Source: Nitrosopumilus sp. (GTDB lineage Archaea > Thermoproteota > Nitrososphaeria > Nitrososphaerales > Nitrosopumilaceae). From it: a DNA stretch of 64,000 nucleotides. The stretch covers positions 1,216,001-1,280,000 of the forward strand of contig OZ241857.1 in assembly GCA_965203315.1 (NCBI GenBank). Reading direction: 5' to 3'. Under the pieces are notes generated by a model. That model made no database searches. It worked only from the letters and a program-made list of their open reading frames with translations, and had not been told where the DNA came from. The translations under genes and the position numbers were made by a program. Positions 1-11,100 of this stretch are shown one piece after another (within the stretch, counting starts at the first letter, position 1; every line of letters begins with the position of its first letter).

Positions 1-129
1 TTAGAGTGGCTATCTGCTCTTGGTACGCAAGAATCGTAGACATGACTCTAGTTGGTAAAGGCGGTGTTTAAGTTAGGATATCGCATAAAGTTGTCCTTTT
101 AGTTTACATTTCTTGACCTACATTCAGAT

Positions 130-1431
130 GATAGAAGGCATGTGAGTCGATCCAAGCGATCACCTGTAAATCGATCTAAAAGAGAAAATGCAAACGAACA
201 GATTACCCATCTAAAAAAGAAAAACAAGATGATCTATATCGGAATAGATGCACACAAGAGGTTTCTGCAAATTGCAGCAATGGATCAGGATGGCAAGCGT
301 ATACTCAATGAGCGTGTTGCTACAGATCATGACAGTCTCAAAAAATTCTTTGCACAATTTACACCACTCAATACACGTTGTGTGATGGAGTCATCGTCAG
401 TATGGTATTGGCTGTATAGATACTTGACAGATGAATTGGGATTTGATGTAGTACTATCGAATCCATATCAAACAAAGGCTATTGCCGAATCAAAGAAAAA
501 GACAGACAAGGTGGATGCATGGACACTGGCAGATCTTTTAAGAGGAAATTATATCTCGCCTTGTTTTGTTCCTAGTGAATACACTGTTAAATTAAAACAG
601 TTGGTTCGACATAGGGATGTAATTGTAAAGAGTAGAACAAAATACAAGAATCTCATACATGGGATATTACTGCAATATGGGATTAAAATACCTGGTTCAA
701 GTTTTAGCAAGTCATTTAGAGAGGAATTGAAGAAACTTGAGGATTATAGAATAGACAACTATCTAGATATGATAACTTGCCATGAAGAAATGATTAGACA
801 ATTGGATATTAAAATGCGTGAGGAGGTAAAGAGATCACAAGATGCACAGCTGTTAAAGACGATTCCCGGAGTTGGAAACTTTGTTGCACTTGTTGTAATA
901 TCTAGTATTGGAGATGTCAAGAGATTCCCAACTGTTCGTAAGATATGTTCGTATGCAGGAATAGTACCATCTGTTCGTAATTCAGCTGGTAAACAAAATC
1001 ATGGACATATAACGAGGAAAGGTGATAAAATGCTTAGATGGGCATTGACCGAAGCAGTTCATGTACACATAAAATGTGAGCCCCATAGTTACATTACAAA
1101 ATTTCATAACAGAATTAAAAAGAGACGCGCGGTAAGCAAAGCAACTGTTGCAACTGCCTCCAAACTACTACGATTGATGTACCATATGCTTATAGATAGG
1201 GATGATTATGTCACACATTGTAGTCGAAATCATTAACGTACGGAAGATGTTTGAGATATCACTCGGCGACCTAAATGTACAGATTTTGACGAATGGACGA
1301 AGAATGATAGTGAGTTAACCACTCGAATGGATATATGTTCGCGGTCCTTTACATGGGAACACATCCCTAGCGTATGCTATGCACAATAGTCGTGAATCAG
1401 AGTAAATCTTTATAAGCTATTCACATGGATA
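130..1431 (+). mobile_element. IS110-family element, tentative boundaries
   Basis: Short sub-terminal inverted repeat CATGTGA (139-145) / TCACATG (1421-1427), with GATA on both outer sides (130-133, 1428-1431). About 190 bp of 3' non-coding end. Confidence 0.5.
229..1236 (+). CDS. IS110-family (IS1111-like) recombinase/transposase
   Basis: N-terminal RuvC-like DEDD motifs (IGIDAHK, VMESS, KTDKVDA) and C-terminal IPGVG...YAGIVPSVRNSAG serine motif. The ATG at 229 is more likely than the GTG at 142. Confidence 0.93.
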   Translation: MIYIGIDAHKRFLQIAAMDQDGKRILNERVATDHDSLKKFFAQFTPLNTRCVMESSSVWYWLYRYLTDELGFDVVLSNPYQTKAIAESKKKTDKVDAWTLADLLRGNYISPCFVPSEYTVKLKQLVRHRDVIVKSRTKYKNLIHGILLQYGIKIPGSSFSKSFREELKKLEDYRIDNYLDMITCHEEMIRQLDIKMREEVKRSQDAQLLKTIPGVGNFVALVVISSIGDVKRFPTVRKICSYAGIVPSVRNSAGKQNHGHITRKGDKMLRWALTEAVHVHIKCEPHSYITKFHNRIKKRRAVSKATVATASKLLRLMYHMLIDRDDYVTHCSRNH

Positions 1432-1516
1432 ATATCTTACCAAAAAAGTGATTAGTAATGTGTGACTCAGAAACGACGACCCAATGAATTTACCTAGTCT
1501 AAATATCAAAAAGGTA

Positions 1517-1693
1517 GATTCTGTTAATTTGACGGGAGTTGGCATTTTCTGCACAAAATTTTCGAAAAATTTTGCAAAATATGGAAACGGTCTCATATCG
1601 GCGATCGTAAATTGCTGCTGTTTTGAGTCTCATATTGTGCGTTCTTTGATATAACATCATCACGATCTCAACCCTCGCCAATTGAACAGAACC
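1517..1693. mobile_element. MITE family A (IS6-like GGTTCTGT ends), copy 1
   Basis: Reverse-complement homologue of 21666-21840. TIRs GATTCTGTTAATTTG / CAATTGAACAGAACC, flanked by TA|TA. Confidence 0.85.
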
Positions 1694-2014
1694 TAATATT
1701 CAACTAGAACTGCAAATACTGTCCTTCTATGGCATCGTCCTTCAACCCGAAGAATCAAAAAAGAGATTACTCCTAGGTGGAACCAACTCTTTTGAGTTAT
1801 GTATAGGCTTAACTCACTGTCAATAATACTAAAGATAAGAAGGGTATTAAGTTTGGACGTGTGCTGAAGCTCGATCTAACAGAATTCACTGTCAATGAAT
1901 GCATAGGCAAACCGTGGGTTCAAATCAGCTCCATCCTATGATTAGGCACAAAATTGAAATTTTTTGACATGTGAGACAAATTTTCAATGGATGACATCTG
2001 CCAGATAGAAAACA

Positions 2015-2515
2015 CTATTTGAAACTTTTAGGTGGGGTGAACTCGGATCTATCAAGTAACTCTATAATTTCGTCAATCTCTTTTGGATATTTGACGCCTT
2101 TATTGCCTAGCATCTTTAGCAGTCCTTTCAAGTCGACATATTTTATTCCTAACATTGATGCTACTTTTTGTGCCTTTTTGTCATCAAATATACAGTATAT
2201 GTTGTTTTTATATCATCCAAGCTTTAGACAAGTCAAGATTACGTCTACTTCACCATCCTCTAACCTAGATGTACCTAGTTGGAAATTTTCTATCTCTTTT
2301 AGCGTATTTTTTTCTAATTTTGTGAGTCTACATCTATCTCTCAATCTCTGTACATTTGTACGTGTTCTACTATCCTTTAATTCATCCCACACAACATGTG
2401 GTATTGCCAACTCGTGACCCAATTGTAAAATAGCATCAAACGCTTGCGGATATTGGAATTGGCTAAATATCGCAATCAATGGCGATGAATCAAATATCTT
2501 CAATTCCCAATCCAA
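2015..2515 (-). pseudogene. PIN-domain (DUF3368/COG2405-like) toxin with in-frame TGA at 2213-2215
   Basis: IFDSSPLI...IPHVVWDEL...LEDGEVDVI. The frame continues past TGA as YKNNIYCIFDDKKAQKVASMLGIKYVDLKGLL to TAG at 2015, and this part is homologous to 21323-21640. Confidence 0.8.
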
Positions 2516-3132
2516 AGTAATTTTCTTTTGGCCATCTCGTCCATCATTATATGTTTAGGTATGCCAAGTAGTTCTCCTGCCTTGCCTAAACTAATCTTTT
2601 CCTCTACATACATGGAAATTATGTTTTCTTTGATATCTGGCTTGAGTTTTTCGTACGTTGTAGAACTTTTGGCCATATCTGGATACTTGCAGTACAAAAA
2701 TGATAATGCTACTGGAATAGTTAGATCGTTTATAATGTCTTTGTAGTTATGAAATACCCATGTCATCGTTAGGTTAAATGCATCTTGAAATTCTGGGAAT
2801 CCTCCTTTCTCTTCTCCAATGATTCTGGCATGCTCTGTGCTATGTTTGGTTAATTGAATAGTGTTGTCTTTTTCGACTAGTAGATCCATGTGTACTAGGC
2901 GCTCCAAAGTATCATTTAGGACAGTACTGTATGGGCCATCATCCTTTATTGTAAAATTACACCACTCTCTTATTTCTGGATATGGATCACCCAACACGTA
3001 CATCAAGACTTGGAGTTTCTGTCTGCCTTGTATAGGCTCGTCATCCACATACACAAGCAAAAGTATGTACTTTTCGAGTTCGCTGATCTCTAGAGTTGCA
3101 ACATCTATTGCCATGTATATAGTTCCGTGCAT
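2500..3132 (-). CDS. Putative antitoxin: winged-helix N-terminus plus UPF0175 HTH C-terminus
   Basis: C-terminal KISLGKAGELLGIPKHIMMDEMAKR is UPF0175-like. N-terminal GRQKLQ...GPYS is wHTH-like. Overlaps the PIN gene. Confidence 0.72.
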   Translation of the reverse strand: MHGTIYMAIDVATLEISELEKYILLLVYVDDEPIQGRQKLQVLMYVLGDPYPEIREWCNFTIKDDGPYSTVLNDTLERLVHMDLLVEKDNTIQLTKHSTEHARIIGEEKGGFPEFQDAFNLTMTWVFHNYKDIINDLTIPVALSFLYCKYPDMAKSSTTYEKLKPDIKENIISMYVEEKISLGKAGELLGIPKHIMMDEMAKRKLLWIGN

Positions 3133-3144
3133 ATATTATAAAAA

Positions 3145-3529
3145 GGCGATTAGTCGCTTACGTTTCCTAACATAAATTGCACTAACAAATTGAACAAATC
3201 GTACGCCCTGAAATTATATCGCCATTCCATCTCTTTTATGTACGGTAGAAAGGTGTCTTGACTCACGCCATGATACTTGGCCAAGTTCTGTTTTGCAAAG
3301 CTCCAGAATCCTTCGATCCCATTGGTATGTACCCCATCCTGTCCAAACGTCTTATTATGATCAACCGACTGGTGTTTGTAACCATGTATGACCAGTGAGT
3401 TCTATCCTGCCTACTTGTCAGTGTATATGGTACTAGCTTTCGCTACTGTTTAGGTTATGCTTGCAAGTAGAGTATTTGCACTGGCAACAGACCCCCTTAT
3501 TATTTAGGGGACGTAGGCGGCTAATCGCC
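3145..3529 (-). mobile_element. Internally deleted IS1595-family element
   Basis: 26-bp imperfect TIR GGCGATTAGTCGCTTACGTTTCCTAA / TTAGGGGACGTAGGCGGCTAATCGCC. The minus strand reads HTNGIEGFWSFAK...YIKEMEWRYN (ISXO2-like). Confidence 0.85.
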
Positions 3530-3540
3530 TAGATCTTTTA

Positions 3541-3669
3541 TAGTCACGAACGGAATTGTTTTCTTGTTTACTCCTGCATATGTGTGGTCAGAGACGGAAT
3601 TTGCCTCTGGCAGAACAGATGACACCAAATTGTGACACAACACTAGGAAAATTATTATGTTCACGACTA
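3541..3669. mobile_element. MITE family C derived from the IS630 element
   Basis: Ends TAGTCACGAAC / ATTATGTTCACGACTA match the TIRs of 48781-50313. Reverse-complement homologue of 32544-32674. Confidence 0.85.
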
Positions 3670-3900
3670 TCAGGCTCTGTCCGATGATTATTTTGAGAGA
3701 TTACATCGTTTAGGTTTTGTGATACCGTCCACGAGATAATTTGATAGTCTTGTGCCTAATCACAAGATGGAGACATCGTATCATGATTGAGTAAAATAGG
3801 CAACTCTGAATTTGTAATTATGATATCTAACGATAAGAGTGTACAGTTCCTAGTATTGACTAGGAAAATGAAAAAGGGTTGTAAAGGGTTTTCAGAACTC

Positions 3901-4011
3901 TTAGTCTAATGGTTCTGGATGTCCCTTGCCACGAAGTGCAAAAGTTACTACTGCTAATGCTATTGCAACTCCCGCTGCTGCGCCATATGCGGCCATTCCT
4001 GCTTCTGCCAT
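3901..4011 (-). CDS. 36-aa single-pass membrane microprotein (not in ORF track)
   Basis: MAEAGMAAYGAAAGVAIALAVVTFALRGKGHPEPLD*. BRE/TATA-like GAAAGTTTTAAAAG about 25 bp upstream and a T-rich tract downstream. Confidence 0.75.
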   Translation of the reverse strand: MAEAGMAAYGAAAGVAIALAVVTFALRGKGHPEPLD

Positions 4012-4102
4012 ATAGTTAATCGTTCTAAACATGCTTTTAAAACTTTCTTAATAGTCGGTCTCTTAAAAATAAGTATCACAATGTATAGATTTTATGATAC
4101 AA

Positions 4103-4654
4103 TCACCGTACAAACTCAAAGTGTAGTTCATTCTCTTGACCGCTAGTCATGGAGCTCAGGTTGTAAAATAGATCGCCGGTCACCTTCCATGAAGCCGTAT
4201 CGGTCTCTAGTGCTGTCCACAATCGAGGTGTATTACCAGAGTTTTGTAGAGTGATCGTGTCTTTGAGTACTATAGAGTTCTCACCCAATAGTGTGTAATA
4301 GTTGGAGCTAAATTCAACTAGACCCTCAGGGCGACTTCCGATCTGACCTCCTGCAATCTGCTCAAACTCAGAGTAACCGCGTTCAAAGAGTTGATAGTCC
4401 ATCACCTGAACTATTACAGAGCGTTGATTTGGGTTCGATACCTCAAATGCTATATCGATTGTGGCAGAGCGTTGAGTAACCCTAGTTATCTCGATATCGA
4501 TCAGATCTATATCGAGTTGTTCTATCTGTGACATTTGAGATCGTGAGATATCATCACTAGTGTTACCAATCAATGTTGGACCAGTCAATAGTATTATGCC
4601 AAGAGCGGCAACAAGACCAACTACCGCTATACCAACAAAGATCTTTGGATTCAA
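4103..4654 (-). CDS. Membrane-anchored hypothetical protein (LEA-2/WHy-like)
   Basis: N-terminal TM helix. IDIAFEVSNPN...MDYQL pattern. Confidence 0.6.
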   Translation of the reverse strand: MNPKIFVGIAVVGLVAALGIILLTGPTLIGNTSDDISRSQMSQIEQLDIDLIDIEITRVTQRSATIDIAFEVSNPNQRSVIVQVMDYQLFERGYSEFEQIAGGQIGSRPEGLVEFSSNYYTLLGENSIVLKDTITLQNSGNTPRLWTALETDTASWKVTGDLFYNLSSMTSGQENELHFEFVR

Positions 4655-4711
4655 TACTATCGTCAGATATCAGAGATGATTATTATATCATTGGTACAAT
4701 AGAACATAGAT

Positions 4712-5056
4712 ATGCAATACTTTGAAGCGGTTCAAAAAGGAAAGCAGAGGGCCAGTAAATCTCAGATGAAGATGTTTGAGGTTGCAGGGTTTGGAATGTT
4801 AACTCTAACCACAAAAAAGATCGATGGTAAATTTGAGCCAGTCGGTGAGGAAGAGTTTGCAGCTGTTATTGGTGTGGATGATGGATTCGTTGCGTTGATC
4901 GTGGACGCAGACGGATTCACAAAAGCACAGTCAAAGACACTACCAAAAGATAATGCCATGAACATATTTGTTCAACTCTGCAAGACTGGAATGACACAGT
5001 ACACAAAGGATCGTATACAGATATGGTCAGAGACTAGACCTACTGTTCATCTATAG
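4712..5056 (+). CDS. Conserved hypothetical protein
   Basis: Clean ORF with core-like codon usage, convergent with pyrH. Confidence 0.7.
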   Translation: MQYFEAVQKGKQRASKSQMKMFEVAGFGMLTLTTKKIDGKFEPVGEEEFAAVIGVDDGFVALIVDADGFTKAQSKTLPKDNAMNIFVQLCKTGMTQYTKDRIQIWSETRPTVHL

Positions 5057-5740
5057 TTTCTTGGGAGGTAAGACCAGTTTGGTTCCAACCTCTTCACCAC
5101 ATATGGCACGTTCGAGCATCTTTGGTGTGGCCTTTAAGATTCGCGTCTTTATTCTAGAGCGTTCTATTATCTTTAAAGCGATCATATCCATTAGATCATA
5201 ACCGCCTGCTATCGAGTCTTGATGAACAAGTATGTTTTTGAGACTCTTGAGATCGATTCGTTTGAAACGCTTTGCGTCTCTGTATTGGTTTGGATCCTTG
5301 TCGTATACACCATCTACATCAGTTGCGTTTAGAAATTGAGATGCGTTGACCTTTTCGGCTACAAGTGCAGCAGTGCCGTTGGTGCTTTGGCCTGGGTATA
5401 GACCACCAGTCACTACGATTGGACTGTCATCTATTGCATGTCTGATCTCTTGTAGAGTTGTAGGAGGGTGAGAGTATGCCTTGTCTTTTAGAGCATAGAT
5501 GAGTAGTTTGGCGTTTAGTCTAGAGATCTCGATCCCTAGCTCGTCCAGTGTAGACTCGTCTGCTCCTGACGATCTTGCATGATCTATGTAATGGCGAGCA
5601 ATCTTGCCACCACCGGCAACTACGATTGGTTGGTATGTCGAGCTAACCTTCACCAACAGCTGGGCGTACTCTTTTATAGTCTTTGTATTATCCATGCTGA
5701 ATACACGACCAGATAGTTTGATCACAATTCGTGGCTTCAT
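5051..5740 (-). CDS. pyrH: UMP kinase
   Basis: [38 protein letters not shown]. Confidence 0.95.
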   Translation of the reverse strand: MKPRIVIKLSGRVFSMDNTKTIKEYAQLLVKVSSTYQPIVVAGGGKIARHYIDHARSSGADESTLDELGIEISRLNAKLLIYALKDKAYSHPPTTLQEIRHAIDDSPIVVTGGLYPGQSTNGTAALVAEKVNASQFLNATDVDGVYDKDPNQYRDAKRFKRIDLKSLKNILVHQDSIAGGYDLMDMIALKIIERSRIKTRILKATPKMLERAICGEEVGTKLVLPPKKL

Positions 5741-6963
5741 TCTAAATCACCAAGTATTGATCTTGCAGCAATTTCAACTTTCTTCCTATTCTGTTTTGTA
5801 TATATGCGTAGAATGTTCACAAATCCAGAGATTGCAGATGCGATTGGGATCTCAGAGATCGACATCTCTGTTATGAGTGGTTTATGCGGGTTTACGAGTA
5901 AGATAGATTTAGGTTCGTCTTTGGAAGGTGAGAGTGGAATAGATGGTGTAGCTGAGCTGTCTACAAAGATATCATCTTCATCGACTTTGGAGCGTTTGGC
6001 GATCTCGCGTCGTAGTTCGTCGTTGTAATCGGTCTTGTTGCTAGTCTTGTCTGTTATGATCCTCTCAAAGACACACTTTAGTAGATTCCTGTTCTGATAG
6101 TCTAGTATGAACTGCCTAGCTCGATCCAGTTTTGGTGTACTAGATTCGAGTATCTTGAATAGAATAAACTCATCTGTAAGTTTGATGTACTCGTCTAGAT
6201 CAAACTCTGTAAATCCAAACTCATCATCAGATATACGTAACGCCTCGATCAACATCACCTCTGCTGCACGAACCGACTTGTGAAAGTATACCGACTTGAA
6301 CATCTGGTGTCTAGAGTGGATCATCGATTCAAAGGAGTATAGTGCTGATCGTTCTAGTGCAAGTCGTCTCTTATGGACTGCAAAGGATTGTGTTATTCGT
6401 CTGTGATCTACCTTGGCATGCTCTGAACCTGTAAAGTAACCATCACGTTGGAGATAGTCCATCATATCTGCGCTGAGTGGCCCGGATATTATCTCATTCA
6501 TGAATGGGAACTTTGATCTGCCAAATGCGATATTAGCTACTAGTTGTTTATCATAGCCTACCTTGGATAGTATATCGCCTATCTCTGACTTTGTAATCAG
6601 TTCGTCTCCAAAATCTTCGTGAGACATATGCTTCTTGTCCATGACCTCCTCGAATGAGTGTGAGAATGGACCGTGTCCAATATCATGTAATAGACCAACT
6701 AGCCGCAGTAGATGAATGTCGTCACGTTTTATGAGACCCTTCTCGTATAGAGTCTGACCAGCTTGGCCTGCTATCTGCATCACACCTAACGAGTGTTCAA
6801 ATCTGGTATGTTGAGCGCTCGGGTATGTTAGATGAGCCCCAGACAGCTGTCTGATCCTGCGCAGTCGTTGAAATATAGGATGATCGATTATTGATAGTTC
6901 ATGATCATATACATGAATGAATCCGTGAATTGGATCTATGATATCTAGATCATTTGATCTCAT
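5737..6963 (-). CDS. HD-domain phosphohydrolase (dNTP triphosphohydrolase-like)
   Basis: [45 protein letters not shown]. Confidence 0.92.
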   Translation of the reverse strand: MRSNDLDIIDPIHGFIHVYDHELSIIDHPIFQRLRRIRQLSGAHLTYPSAQHTRFEHSLGVMQIAGQAGQTLYEKGLIKRDDIHLLRLVGLLHDIGHGPFSHSFEEVMDKKHMSHEDFGDELITKSEIGDILSKVGYDKQLVANIAFGRSKFPFMNEIISGPLSADMMDYLQRDGYFTGSEHAKVDHRRITQSFAVHKRRLALERSALYSFESMIHSRHQMFKSVYFHKSVRAAEVMLIEALRISDDEFGFTEFDLDEYIKLTDEFILFKILESSTPKLDRARQFILDYQNRNLLKCVFERIITDKTSNKTDYNDELRREIAKRSKVDEDDIFVDSSATPSIPLSPSKDEPKSILLVNPHKPLITEMSISEIPIASAISGFVNILRIYTKQNRKKVEIAARSILGDLE

Positions 6964-7547
6964 ATGTAATCTGCCAACTCTGTATTCTTTAACTCTTTAA
7001 GAATTAGTTTGTGTATCTCTTCTTTTGGTTGTGTTGCGTTTATAATCTTCCAGTTATAACTCTCTGCTAGTCTTTTGTAGTGAACAGCTACCTTGCTCAG
7101 AAAATCGGCATCTGCTTCAAATTTGTCTCTAGATCTATGTTGTCTCTCAAATGACTCGTTTGGAGATATATCTAAAAAAAAGACAACATCTGGTTGCGGT
7201 AACCCCGCATCTAGATTCTCAAGCCATGCTTGATCGAGATCGTTTGCAAGTCCATATGCGATATTAGATTGATAGTAGCGATTCATTATAACTATATGAT
7301 CATTGTTTACAGACGTCTCTATCTCTTTTAACTTTTCCCACCTATTTGCAGATAAGAGGCAGTGAATTACTTGTGGTGGAAAGTTGCGTCTGTTGTCTAG
7401 ATACTCTCGGATCTCGCGTCCAATAGGAGTTGTATAGTCTGGAAAATCAAAGACTGTTGTCTTGTGGTGCTTGCCTAGTCGCTCTGCCAAGAGTCGAGTT
7501 TGAGTGTATTTACCTGCCTGATCAGTTCCCTCGATTACAATTATCAC
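6960..7547 (-). CDS. tmk: dTMP kinase
   Basis: IVIEGTDQAGK, FPDYTTPIG, NRYYQSNIAYG, PDVVFFLD. Confidence 0.93.
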   Translation of the reverse strand: MIIVIEGTDQAGKYTQTRLLAERLGKHHKTTVFDFPDYTTPIGREIREYLDNRRNFPPQVIHCLLSANRWEKLKEIETSVNNDHIVIMNRYYQSNIAYGLANDLDQAWLENLDAGLPQPDVVFFLDISPNESFERQHRSRDKFEADADFLSKVAVHYKRLAESYNWKIINATQPKEEIHKLILKELKNTELADYI

Positions 7548-7618
7548 TAGATATACTCAAATTGCATCTAGATTATAATCTTGATGATCATGAATAATTT
7601 GTACAATATTACAAATCT

Positions 7619-8104
7619 GGTTCTGTTAAATTGACAGGTTGAGATAATGAGGATGTTATCTCATACATCAAAGTGCAAAAGTATTTTCCAAGACGACAAC
7701 AAGAGAATGTATATGTACTTTTTATGGATGTAATCATCTTGTAATGACGACAGCGCATATGTTATTTCTATAGGCAAAGTCGTTCAAACGATGTCCTTTT
7801 GATTTCCGTAAAGATATATTCATAATTACATAAGACTGTATGTGTATTATTGAGGATGTTCTATCCCCCAATCATTAAACATGACAACAATGAATCAATT
7901 TGCCCCTAGAAATCACACATGTATGTTCCGTTGTACCTCAAAATATGTACAAGATATAAGAAATACGCATACAATCTATACATGCCATTCTACGATCTAC
8001 TTGGAAGATATTTTTGCACTGTGGTATATTTAGTTAGGAGCCAGAAATGAGCAACCCCAAGATTTATTTGTTTATACTCATACGTCCCGACAAGTAACAG
8101 AACC
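7619..8104. mobile_element. Decayed IS6-like element with a nested family B MITE
   Basis: TIRs GGTTCTGTTAAATTG / CAAGTAACAGAACC, flanked by CT|CT. Confidence 0.65.
7834..7976. mobile_element. MITE family B (GACTGTATGCGTATT ends), copy 1
   Basis: Reverse-complement homologue of 45404-45543 and 48042-48179. Confidence 0.85.
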
Positions 8105-8148
8105 CTACACATAATGATTTATGTATAAGCATTAATTAAATATCACAT

Positions 8149-11100
8149 ATGAGATTTTTCATATTAATTTTGATTTCTGTACTGACAATCACCAGTATCA
8201 GTCAGGCATACGCAGAGGAGATAAACATGGCCGAAAAGTTTGATCCAGGGTTCTACGACAGACTCCAAATGATGGTAGACCGGCAACGAACACCACCAGA
8301 TGGAACACCCTACGGCGCCACCCAGCTAGACGACTCGTACAATGTAATAATATACGTAGCAAGACATAACGTAAATTCCGATTTATCAGAAGACACTGAT
8401 AAAAACAAAGAAAAGATTGTGTCCATACTGAACGGGATCGGCGCTAGGGACATCATGGTAGCAAAATCATTATCTTTTATTACTGCTACTGTGCCAATTG
8501 ACTCTATCGCGGAACTGGCAAAACATGATATTGTGTACCAAATCGGAGACGGTGAAGAAAGAATAGAAGCTCATGTAGATAAAGCCAAAAAGATTGTTTT
8601 AGGAAGAGCCACTGACATTCCCATATACAACGAAGAGAGAGTAACAGGGAAGGGTATCAAAGTATCAGTTGTTGATGGTGGTATAAACAGCATATATCTA
8701 AATGATAAAGTTACAAAGAGGATATATTGTCCCTCTGGAACTTGTACTGTACAGAATGGATTGTTTCATGGTCCCGTGTTACATGATTTGGGGCTATTGA
8801 ATGGTACGAGTCCCACCACACATGGTACCCAAGTAGCTCAAATAATCGCAGCCTCGGGAATGTCCCAGAACAATGGAATCGCGCCAGGTGTAACATTACT
8901 GGATGCATTAAGCAGTATAGAATATCCCAATCATAGATCCAGATCACCATATCCGAGTGGGACCGCATTCGCCCATACGCTGGATTGGTCATATACACAA
9001 GGAGCAGATGTAATAAATATTAGTATGGGATCAAGTTGGGCGTGTTATCCAGCCCCCATCGCTTCAACTCTAAATATTATAGTTGATGAGGTAGTTGAAA
9101 AGGGAATAGTGTTTGTAACATCAGCTGGTAACCGTGGATTAAGTCAAACAGGTAATGCTGAATATAATACTATTACTGCATTCAGCTGTGCTCATAATTC
9201 AATTACAGTTGGTGGAATCGATAGCAGAACATCTAGTGTTAAAATGCACCCACATTCCAGTAGAGGACCATCTCATGATAGAACACCTATACTAAAACCA
9301 GATCTTGTTGCACCCGCTGTACATTTCAATCTACTTGATTCTTCTATACGAGATAGTCACCGTAAACTAGCTTCGGGAACAAGTTTTGCATCTCCTCTGG
9401 TGGCTGGTACAGTGGCGTTAATGTTAGAAGGAAATACACATCTAGAACCACATGATGTTAAAGCATTATTATTGTTGGGTGCAAACTGGACTGGTCCAGT
9501 ACCGTGCACATCCAAACAGTTCGAACAAAATAACCCACGTGATAACTGTTCGTTTGCAAAACAGCCCACCAATAAAAACACTGCAAATGGCAAAGATGGA
9601 TTAAAGATATTAAACAATGTGGGGTTTGGCATATTGAATACAAAACAAGCTGTACAGTATGCCAATCAACCAGAGTTGTATATATCAGATCAAATAACCA
9701 GTAAAGATAAAACAAAAATGTTTACCATCAACATAACTGATACTACTAAGCCTGTAAAGATAATTCTTAATTGGCTGGTGGAACCACCAGGTGATATAAT
9801 CAAAAAACGAACAGGAATAGTTTTGTTTCCTATAATAGATCTCAACTTTAATGTACAATGTGCAAGTGGACAAACCCTTGACGCTACATCAAGATATCAA
9901 ACCACAGAGTTTGTAGTGTTTAAACCTACTGCAAAGGGGAAATGTAATATTACTGTAACAGCTCCTGATACGGGTCGCGCTGCATACTTTGAGACATTTA
10001 ATTTCCGTGTAAACAATATACAACAAGACTTTACAATTGCAAGTACTGTTCCGTTTGTAAAAAACACACCATTAACAATACCGATCCCAATACAGTGTGG
10101 TGCAGGGACATCTCTGGTGAATGGTACATGTGTATCAAATATATCAACTCCACCACAATGTGAACAGGGTAGACTGGTAGCAAACCAATGTGTACCAAAT
10201 ACACCACCTCCACAATCAAACGTTCCTACAAACAATTCTGCAGCTAATCCAGGACAACAACCTATTCCACAACCTATTAACAAACCTGTTCCTGCCAACA
10301 ACAATTCCGCGTCTTTACCACAACAAGATGATCAAATTATACAAATAAACATATCTGGTGAAAAATATGATACCAATGGAAGAACCATTGATCTGTACCA
10401 CGGTATAAACAACAGAATGCGCATAGATACCGCGTACCAAGATGGTGGTACCACATACCATATCAATGATAAAGCGTACATTACAATATTTAGAGACACA
10501 TGGATTACAAACAAACAGTTTGAAGCGAGTGGTGGACAGTACTGTTATGTGGGAGATCTATTGGTCGGTCAAGATGCGGATATATCTCAAAATCATACAA
10601 ACTCTTTAAACATACAATTTAGAAAATCTACTGATCCTGATCGATGTATTGGATCGCCTAATATTGATTTAACAGGTAAACTCGTACTTGGTAAAGAAGT
10701 ATATGTAAGGTTTGTAGGTGCGAATGGTCAGACACCATTTTATTATAATGGTTCTGATATAATAGAGATACTAAAATGTTCTAGTGCCAATTTCACCAGC
10801 ACGACAAATACATTAAAGGACAGCACAGAAATATGTTATGGTAAAGACGGAAATGATACTATATTAGTTTCAAAGATACTAGCCGTGTTTGGAGTTACGA
10901 CCAATGATATACCAAAAATAAGAATAACCCCACCACTGCCACCGCCTCCACAGTGTGAACAGGGTACCACACTAGTAGAGGATCAATGCGTACCAAATAC
11001 ACCTCCTCCACCTGTACAAACAATCAATCCCATGGCACAATTATTAGTCCAAGATTATAACACGTACAAAAATATAATAAATGGTGACCAGATCGACCAA

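Noticed and set aside
1910-1935. tRNA T-arm-like GTGGGTTCAAATC as tRNA or att site
   Set aside because: No T-stem closure or cloverleaf.
2213-2215. Selenocysteine or programmed readthrough at TGA
   Set aside because: The paralog has Gln at this non-catalytic position and Sec is not known in this lineage; a nonsense mutation is simpler.
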